DNA of 64,000 bases from a virus (Duplodnaviria; Caudoviricetes): positions 32,001 through 96,000 of the IMG/VR virus record IMGVR_UViG_3300023053_000001; one strand, given 5' to 3'. Shown here one piece after another: positions 57,581 through 64,000 of the stretch (position 1 is the stretch's first letter; each line of letters begins with the position of its first letter). The notes below the pieces were generated by a model. The model was given only the letters and a program-made list of their open reading frames with translations, searched no databases and was not told the origin of the DNA. Position numbers and translations under genes: made by a program.

Positions 57581-57619
57581 AAGCCCCTCCTACCTTCGGG
57601 TGGGAGGGGCTTTATGCCG
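57581..57619 (+). terminator. Terminator hairpin
   Basis: aagcccctcctacc-ttcg-ggtgggaggggcttt-atgccg. Confidence 0.8.
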
Positions 57620-57672
57620 CTGTATTTTATTGCTCCACATACCCATCTAATAACTACCAGGGGGCCACCAAC

Positions 57673-58416
57673 ATGTACGAAGCATCAGATGTACTGCAAG
57701 AAGAGCGCGTCCATCACATGAACGCACTCACCAAAGGTTTGACCCAGGCATCGCACGAAGTACCCCACCTCGATCCTGTGATCGATGTCCTGCACCACAG
57801 CTTCCGTACCGCCCTCAAGAACGTCTCCAGCCGACTGGGCCTGATGTCCATGGACGTCTCCTCCCATGTCGTGGATGACAACGCATTCCTCTTCAACCTG
57901 CGCGACCACCGCAAGTTGATTCGCAACCGGCATACCGGCAGGACCGAGCACGCTGCGCAGCATTCCCACGCCCATCGTCCGCTGCTGCGTGTGTACGCCC
58001 GCAAGGCGTCGGTGTTCTCGCGCATCCGTCGCCTCAGCCGCCGACTGACAGCGACGGCCACTGCGGCCAAGCCCGTCGAGATCCTGCAGTATCTGGTGGA
58101 TCTGGAAAAGAACGCAATGGCAGCGCCCATGGCCTGTCCCGAACAGTGCCGCTTCCTGGCCACCGTGTTCCAGGAACTGCTGGCCCACGGTTTCTTGCCT
58201 GAGGCAGTGAGTGCTCACCAAGGGCACTTTGACCAGAGCGACGCAGAACAGGCGGTGGGCCATCGCACGTGGGCCGGTCCCGATACCTACCAAGTCATGC
58301 TGGCCAATCGTGACATCGAAGTGTTCTTCAACGTACGTCCGAGGGGGCTGTACGAATTCGGCGAGATGCCGGAGATGAACCATTACGTCGAGGAACGGCA
58401 AACGGCCGTGGCCTAA
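57673..58416 (+). CDS. Hypothetical protein (247 aa)
   Basis: Intact ORF. Confidence 0.7.
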   Translation: MYEASDVLQEERVHHMNALTKGLTQASHEVPHLDPVIDVLHHSFRTALKNVSSRLGLMSMDVSSHVVDDNAFLFNLRDHRKLIRNRHTGRTEHAAQHSHAHRPLLRVYARKASVFSRIRRLSRRLTATATAAKPVEILQYLVDLEKNAMAAPMACPEQCRFLATVFQELLAHGFLPEAVSAHQGHFDQSDAEQAVGHRTWAGPDTYQVMLANRDIEVFFNVRPRGLYEFGEMPEMNHYVEERQTAVA

Positions 58417-58443
58417 TGGTTTGGACAACCCTTTAAGGATCGT

Positions 58444-59067
58444 GTGATGAGTCTTGCAGAAGCATTTGCCGCCGTGATGTCGGTGGAGGAACTGCCGGCT
58501 GACGGTAAAGCGCGCGTGGAGCGTGAGTTTACCTACTACGCCAAACTGGTCGATGAATCGCAGTTGGACAAAGCCAACTCGCGCGAAGATCAGGAACAGT
58601 GGTCGATTCGTGTCGCCCCCAGTGACACGATTACCTACGCCGGTGAACTGCGCGTACGCCGCTGTGAGAAACCAGGCGAGGAACCGCGCTTCATCCTCAC
58701 CAGCAAGACCTTCAAGATCGGGGACTTCGGTAAGGTTGAGTCGGAAACGGAAGTGAGCGAGGACATGTTCCTCCAGTTCCGCAAGCTGTCCAACTCGGGC
58801 ATGATCAAGACTCGCTACTGCTTCGAGCGCACCGATGGTCTGGTGTGGGAAGTGGACGTGTACAAGTCCCCGGATGGTCAGCGCATCGACTGGGTCAAGG
58901 TCGATCTGGAAGTCAAGGACGATCGTGAACCGCCGCGTGACTTCCCGGTGGAGCTGACCGATGTCATTGGCGGTGATCCGCGCACGCGCACTGAAGTTGA
59001 GCGCAAGCAGGTGGCCGACATCTTGGACAATCACTTCGTGCTGAAGAACCAATACCCCAAGGGGTAA
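58444..59067 (+). CDS. CYTH-domain (triphosphate tunnel metalloenzyme) protein
   Basis: EREF, LRVRR, LTSK, E.E.E, IKTRY.F, WEVDVY, DLEV motifs. Confidence 0.75.
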   Translation: MMSLAEAFAAVMSVEELPADGKARVEREFTYYAKLVDESQLDKANSREDQEQWSIRVAPSDTITYAGELRVRRCEKPGEEPRFILTSKTFKIGDFGKVESETEVSEDMFLQFRKLSNSGMIKTRYCFERTDGLVWEVDVYKSPDGQRIDWVKVDLEVKDDREPPRDFPVELTDVIGGDPRTRTEVERKQVADILDNHFVLKNQYPKG

Positions 59068-59078
59068 GAGGAACGGTA

Positions 59079-59255
59079 ATGGAAGAGTTGCTGAAGCAAG
59101 CCAAAGTGAGCCAGCAACGTCCACCGGCGGGGCTGGGCGGATACCAACAGGTGTCCTGCCCATGCTGCCGCGGTTACGCGCTGGAAAGTAGCTGGTGTGA
59201 TCATTGCAATCGCACCGGCGTAATTGCTGTATTCAGAGCCCCTGCCGCAAGGTAG
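59079..59255 (+). CDS. Small zinc-finger protein (58 aa; below ORF-track cutoff)
   Basis: SD gagga; CPCCRG...CDHCNRTG. Confidence 0.6.
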   Translation: MEELLKQAKVSQQRPPAGLGGYQQVSCPCCRGYALESSWCDHCNRTGVIAVFRAPAAR

Positions 59256-59284
59256 GGGCTTTATGTCCCCCTAGAGAGAAAACC

Positions 59285-59608
59285 ATGAGCAATGATTTCG
59301 ACGCCATCCTCGGCACTGACCCGGAAGACCCCGCCCTGATCACCACTGCCGGGCACGCTGTTCGCATTACCAGTGCACCCTTCCAGACGAAGGAGGTGGC
59401 CGCACAGGAGCTGTTGACCCTGTCCTTGACGCCGAAGTACCTGTTCGGCTACATCGACCCTGACACGCTGCGTGTGATCGCGTTCTTTGAAGATGAGAAT
59501 CCGGGCTATGGTTCGGATGCCAAGTTCAAGGAAGTGATCTACGTCGATTCGCCCACCAAGGATCAGCGCCGCAACGCTGGTCTGCCTGATGAAGAGGACA
59601 CCGAGTAA
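59285..59608 (+). CDS. Acidic hypothetical protein (107 aa)
   Basis: TAATG-coupled to folA. Confidence 0.7.
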   Translation: MSNDFDAILGTDPEDPALITTAGHAVRITSAPFQTKEVAAQELLTLSLTPKYLFGYIDPDTLRVIAFFEDENPGYGSDAKFKEVIYVDSPTKDQRRNAGLPDEEDTE

Positions 59609-60111
59609 TGGACATGAAGTTGATTGCCATCGCCGCCATGAACGATCGCAACATCATCGGCAGTGATAACAAGATCCCGTGGAAGTGCAAGGAAGACATG
59701 CGCTTCTTCAAGGAGATGACTTCCGGCCATGCGGTGGTGATGGGTCGCAAGACGGCCGAGTCGCTGGGCAAGCCCCTGCCCAACCGCTACAACCTGGTGC
59801 TCAGCTCCTCCGGTCCGAAGGTCGTGGAAGTGGGCGATGACAAGTTCTACTACTTCCCCACGGTCGATGACCTGATCTTCGCAGCCGAAGCTACGGGCCA
59901 GAAGAAGCTGTTCATCATCGGCGGCGCCGAGATCTACTCGCTGTTTGCCGACTCGGTCGATGAACTGCTGCTCACGCGTATCCGCAACGACAGCAAGGGC
60001 GATACCCTGTTCCCGCTGCATGCCTACCAGCAGCTTTTCGCAGTGGGTGATCGTGAGCAGATCCAGCTCAGCGAGCAGGCCATCGTTACGCGTTACCACT
60101 ACCGCAAGTAA
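59608..60111 (+). CDS. folA: Dihydrofolate reductase
   Basis: IIGSDNKIPW, EDMRFFK, VVMGRKT, PLPNR.N, IIGGAEIY, GDTLFP. Confidence 0.96.
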   Translation: MDMKLIAIAAMNDRNIIGSDNKIPWKCKEDMRFFKEMTSGHAVVMGRKTAESLGKPLPNRYNLVLSSSGPKVVEVGDDKFYYFPTVDDLIFAAEATGQKKLFIIGGAEIYSLFADSVDELLLTRIRNDSKGDTLFPLHAYQQLFAVGDREQIQLSEQAIVTRYHYRK

Positions 60112-60175
60112 CGGCATATGCCCCTCCCGCCCCGTCAAGGGCGGGAGGGGCAGTGTGACGCTTTTGCTTTGGCGA

Positions 60176-60958
60176 TTACTCGCCGTCGCCCGCATCGGCA
60201 GCGGTGACTTCCACCAGCACTTCGGTGGTGATGGCACCGATGGTACCGGTGACCACCACGCCAGCGTTGGCGACCAGGCCCTTGATGCTCACGCCGCCGC
60301 TCGGCAGGCCGGTCACTTCGACATCGGCGCTGTCAGCAGTCCAGACGATGCCGTCCAGCTTGGCATCGGCCGGGACCGGGGCAGCATTGACGGTGGTGGT
60401 TTCACCCACGGCCACCGAGACGCTGTCCGGGGTGGCGGTGATGGCGGTCAGTACGGCATCTTCCGGTTCCGGTTCCGGAGCGGTGGCGGTGCCGGTCAGC
60501 ACCACTGCCAGCGTGCCGTTCCAGAACAGGCCCTTCGGGTTGGTCTGGATGGCCAGCGAACGCGGGTAGTCGCCGGTGGTCGGCAGGGCCACGTTCAGCA
60601 GGTCGTCGGCGACCAGGATGGGGAAGCCGGCCGCGGCGTTGATCTTGGCGACCAGGTCATGCGAGGAGGTTTCGCCTTCATGCGCGACCGTCAGCGAACC
60701 GAGCAGTTCGTGGGAGGCGATGTCCTTGGACTTGACGTACACCGGGTAGCTGGTATCGGTGGCCTTGACCAGCACCTTCAGCTCACGGTCCGGGTCGTCC
60801 GGGTACTGGCCGGTCGGGATGGGAGCTTCCCAGGCGATTTCGAGATCTTCCGGCTTGAAGTTGCGTGCGGTGTTGCCCAGGTTGATCAGGGCAGTGACGA
60901 TGGCCTTGCTGGTCCGGTTCAGATCGAAGTCATCCGGGACGGTCTTCTGCGTCGACAT
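60176..60958 (-). CDS. Virion structural protein with C-terminal bacterial Ig-like domain (260 aa)
   Basis: KINAAAG...LFWNG segment plus LTAITATPDSVSVAVGETTTV...IVWT Ig-like pattern. Confidence 0.65.
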   Translation of the reverse strand: MSTQKTVPDDFDLNRTSKAIVTALINLGNTARNFKPEDLEIAWEAPIPTGQYPDDPDRELKVLVKATDTSYPVYVKSKDIASHELLGSLTVAHEGETSSHDLVAKINAAAGFPILVADDLLNVALPTTGDYPRSLAIQTNPKGLFWNGTLAVVLTGTATAPEPEPEDAVLTAITATPDSVSVAVGETTTVNAAPVPADAKLDGIVWTADSADVEVTGLPSGGVSIKGLVANAGVVVTGTIGAITTEVLVEVTAADAGDGE

Positions 60959-61047
60959 GGTTAAAGCTCCAGAGTAATTATTTGATCGCGGGATCACTGC
61001 TATGAAGCAGGCCCTCATATCCTGATGGCCATACTAGGAAATTAACG

Positions 61048-61662
61048 ATGAACACGGAAACCGATTCGGCCCCTGAGCAAAACAAGCTGGTCCCCATGCG
61101 GCTGTATCGTGATGCCCCGGCCTCGGAGCACGATCACTCCTACCGACGCGGGGACGTTTTCGTTGATCGGCTGCAACACATCCACCAGTTGCGTGGTGCA
61201 TTCATTCGCAGCCCGGAGTCCATTCGCCGACTGGCGGACATGATCATCGCCCCGCTCGTGGAGTGGGAGCGTGAGTACGGCATCTTGCCTGACCAACTGA
61301 CTTTCCGTGAGTTCACCGACGGTCAGGGGCACATGCTGGTGCGTTCGGAATACGACCATAACCTGGGCGTTTCCCATGTCGCTGTCAAGTTGGAACATCG
61401 GCGCTTTGCCGGTGAGATGGCGCGCGATCTGGAGGAGGATGAAACCCGCCCGGTCTTCAACGTCCTGCAGCCCGACGGGGGCTTCAGCCAGCGCTTGGCC
61501 AAACATTTGAGCGTCATCTTTGTGAGGGAGAACATGACGCCTCGAGCGGTCGTCTGTGACGATCGTTGTCGCACCATCATCTTCCGCTGGGAAGTGGAGG
61601 ATGAGGAGTTCCGCGTCTCCCTCAGCCTGCGCCAAGCGGTCAAGGCGCCGGTCCTGATGTGA
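61048..61662 (+). CDS. Hypothetical protein (204 aa)
   Basis: Intact ORF. Confidence 0.7.
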   Translation: MNTETDSAPEQNKLVPMRLYRDAPASEHDHSYRRGDVFVDRLQHIHQLRGAFIRSPESIRRLADMIIAPLVEWEREYGILPDQLTFREFTDGQGHMLVRSEYDHNLGVSHVAVKLEHRRFAGEMARDLEEDETRPVFNVLQPDGGFSQRLAKHLSVIFVRENMTPRAVVCDDRCRTIIFRWEVEDEEFRVSLSLRQAVKAPVLM

Positions 61663-61686
61663 TTGGATAGGGATCTAACCCATTCT

Positions 61687-61704
61687 TTTTCAGACACATA
61701 ACAC
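61687..61704 (+). promoter_or_regulatory. Putative phage promoter, motif copy 4
   Basis: ttttcagacacataacac. Confidence 0.55.
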
Positions 61705-61740
61705 CGTAGTGGAATGACCGTTGTATAAGGAGAAGCGACG

Positions 61741-62118
61741 ATGCCCAACGCCATCCGCAAGTGTGGCTTGGTAGCGGTGCTGGTTATTTCACTCACCGGC
61801 TGCTGGTTGACACCGGCCGTGGAGGAGAAAGAATCCAACGCCAACCTGCTGCAGACGGCTAGGGAAGAAAGTCTGGGACCGGATGTTTGTAAGATCCAGT
61901 TCTGGGCTGCCCAAGCCATGGCCCAAGCAAACGGCCGCACCAGTGAGCAAGCCGTCTATGATCGTGCTGCATGGAATCTGGCCCAAGTCCGGGTCGCAGC
62001 GATTTTGGACAAATCCCCTGACGTACCTGAAGAACAGGCCACAGCTGAAGTAGCCAAGGCCCTCCAGGAGCTGTACAACAGTTCCGACCCACCTGTCGAA
62101 TGTAAGACCGGCAAGTGA
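61741..62118 (+). CDS. Predicted lipoprotein (125 aa)
   Basis: SD aaggag; MPNAIRKCGLVAVLVISLTGC with lipobox LTGC. Confidence 0.75.
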   Translation: MPNAIRKCGLVAVLVISLTGCWLTPAVEEKESNANLLQTAREESLGPDVCKIQFWAAQAMAQANGRTSEQAVYDRAAWNLAQVRVAAILDKSPDVPEEQATAEVAKALQELYNSSDPPVECKTGK

Positions 62119-62179
62119 TGGCAGTGCCGGGTAACACCGGCACTGCTTTTATGCCCACCCCTCTATCTGGACTGACCAC

Positions 62180-62635
62180 ATGAAAATCTCTGCACTGCTG
62201 ACCACCCTCCTCAATTTCCTGCGTGCGATCATCGATGATCGCATGAACGCCGTGTTCGGCCGCCACAGTCTGGTGGGCGACATCTACTTCAACGTCGCAC
62301 GCGACGAAGCCCACGGCATGTTGGAGGTGCGTCGTAACGCCGCCAGCGGCGGTCACAGCTTCATCTCCTTCCGTGTCGGCCGCCCCTATCAGGTCGACCC
62401 GCGACGGATCTCTGGGCGCGCCATACAGGCCATCATGACCCATGCCATGCTGGAGGGTTACGATCCGGTCCGACTGACCATCATGGGTAAGGAAGTCAAC
62501 ACCTACCGCAAGGTGGTGCGTATCGTGCAGCAGGACATCCGCGAGCACGAGTTCGGTCAGACGTACTTCCCCCAGCGCATCGTCTCCCCAGCCGATGCTG
62601 GCCTGTGCCTGACGCAGATTCCTGAAGCGGCATAA
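62180..62635 (+). CDS. Hypothetical protein (151 aa)
   Basis: Intact ORF; hairpin follows. Confidence 0.7.
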   Translation: MKISALLTTLLNFLRAIIDDRMNAVFGRHSLVGDIYFNVARDEAHGMLEVRRNAASGGHSFISFRVGRPYQVDPRRISGRAIQAIMTHAMLEGYDPVRLTIMGKEVNTYRKVVRIVQQDIREHEFGQTYFPQRIVSPADAGLCLTQIPEAA

Positions 62636-62701
62636 ACGCCACAAGCCCCCTCCCTGCCCAATCGGCAGGGAGGGGGTGTATCTTCCTTTCTTTTTTCCTT
62701 C

Positions 62702-63046
62702 CTACGTGTTATGCACCATCAACCCCATGGTGCAGTAGGAAAGAAGAACCAGCAGTTCGCCAAACACGTGAGTTCTTATCAGCTTGCTGTAGGTTGCCTG
62801 CCGTTCCAGAACACACGCCACGCAAAGCATGGCCAGCTCCAGCAACAGTCCAACCGTAATTTCAGGAATCCAAAAGGCCCAGATGATCACCACACTCGCC
62901 GCCAATTCTAACAAGCAGTGACAGAGAAGACCGAGATACCACAAACGTTGCCTTTTGGACCTGCTGCGGCTATAGCCGTAATCAACTACATGAACGAGCA
63001 AGCCGTGCTTCAGGAGGAAGAGTCCTACGAGCGCCAAGAAAGACAT
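62702..63046 (-). CDS. Multi-pass membrane protein (114 aa)
   Basis: SD gaggg; FLLKH..VHVVD pattern and several TM segments. Confidence 0.55.
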   Translation of the reverse strand: MSFLALVGLFLLKHGLLVHVVDYGYSRSRSKRQRLWYLGLLCHCLLELAASVVIIWAFWIPEITVGLLLELAMLCVACVLERQATYSKLIRTHVFGELLVLLSYCTMGLMVHNT

Positions 63047-63182
63047 GTCGGAACCCTCGCAAAGGTACAACGCCAGCCACGTCAAACAGCCCGCACTCAA
63101 CAACGTGCTGTTAACTGTGACCATAAAATAGCGCATAAAACCCTACCACCCCTTCACAGGGTGGTAGGGCTCATATGCCGGT

Positions 63183-64000
63183 TTAGGCAAACCAAGGCGT
63201 TTCTTCACCACTGCCGATCGCACCACCACCTGGCTGACGCAAGGTGATCTCTTTCTTACCCCAGTCATCGGGGATGTCGGCGATGTCTTCGAAGGGCAGC
63301 ACGATGTAACGATCACGTTCCTTGGTGGCGGTGATCTTACGATGCTTACCGCGCTGGATGGTCAGGTAGGAGCGTCCTGCGACCTTGACGATGTGGATGA
63401 AGATCTCCAGATCCACTTCCTGATCCACCGTCGAGCAGCTGTCGTAGTAGCCCTTGCCTTCAATCTCCTTGACGAAGTCCTCCACGTTCTGTCGCACCAG
63501 TGCCTTGGCACCGGGAGACAGCTGATGGGGCGAGATGAAGAGGATACCGCGCGGTGCATGGAAGTTACGCATGCGACGCCACAGGTCACGCACCTCAAAG
63601 CCCATCGCGCCCTGCACGCAGCCCTTCTTGTTGTACATGTTGAGGTAGTCGCCTACCACGGCATGTACTTCGTAGCCTTGCGCTTCGAGCTGGTTGATGA
63701 AATCGAAGTGGCTCTGGAAGGTCGTTTCCGACGGGTCCCAGCGGGTCATGATGATCTCATAGCCGGTGGCCGTGAGCTTCTCATGGACGTACTTGGCAGC
63801 CTCGTTGAAATCGACCTCGGCCAGAATGACGCGCTCGCCGGTTTCGTTTTCCTTGATGTTGCGGTACAGCCACAGGATGTTCGACTTCAGTTCGTTCTCA
63901 GTGGAGATGTGGACCAGCACCGGTTTCTTGGTCGGGTCTTTCATGTACGGCTTGTTGTACATCGCCAACTGCTTGAAGACCGTCAGCGTGAAGCCGGTCT
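63183..64000 (-). CDS. DnaB-like (SF4) replicative helicase, C-terminal part (5' end outside window)
   Basis: (K)TGFTL at window edge, then VVGDYL, FISPHQLS, DQEVDLEI, LTIQRGKHR. Confidence 0.8.
   Translation of the reverse strand, partial: TGFTLTVFKQLAMYNKPYMKDPTKKPVLVHISTENELKSNILWLYRNIKENETGERVILAEVDFNEAAKYVHEKLTATGYEIIMTRWDPSETTFQSHFDFINQLEAQGYEVHAVVGDYLNMYNKKGCVQGAMGFEVRDLWRRMRNFHAPRGILFISPHQLSPGAKALVRQNVEDFVKEIEGKGYYDSCSTVDQEVDLEIFIHIVKVAGRSYLTIQRGKHRKITATKERDRYIVLPFEDIADIPDDWGKKEITLRQPGGGAIGSGEETPWFA

Noticed and set aside
1-64000. CRISPR array, integrase/transposase, intein or group I/II intron
   Set aside because: No regularly spaced direct repeats, mobile-element enzymes or splice motifs seen by eye; thyA (3' part), nrdE, nrdF and recJ are uninterrupted.

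Overview
64-kb segment of a GC-rich (about 60%) phiKZ-like jumbo bacteriophage genome. The assignment rests on paired internal-head-type proteins with S-x-E processing motifs, a prohead-protease-fold protein, a phiKZ-type SF4 helicase and a phiKZ-style virion structural cluster; the host cannot be read from the sequence. The window is densely packed, mostly with + strand genes. Nucleotide metabolism: thyA (5'-truncated), dcd, folA, a full class Ib nrdHIEF operon and a DR2231/MazG-like pyrophosphatase. Other recognisable genes: recJ, phoH, sspB, a histidine phosphatase, a CYTH protein, a T7-type amidase, a SleB-like lipoprotein hydrolase, an embedded Rz/Rz1 spanin pair and many small or membrane hypothetical proteins. 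The most unusual content lies outside the protein genes. There are several long, base-paired non-coding intervals: about 800 nt at 14.9-15.7 kb enclosing an aberrant tRNA-like cloverleaf, about 800 nt at 56.8-57.6 kb, about 270 nt at 2.36-2.63 kb and about 175 nt at 13.4-13.5 kb, each closed by a hairpin terminator. Together they suggest a phage-encoded set of structured ncRNAs. Other leads are a second protein ending in an SspB-like ClpX-binding tail, an apparently catalytically dead prohead protease paralog, two nuclease-less NUMOD1-repeat proteins and three recurring cis-element families. All family calls come from motif recognition by eye; no searches or folding programs were run.
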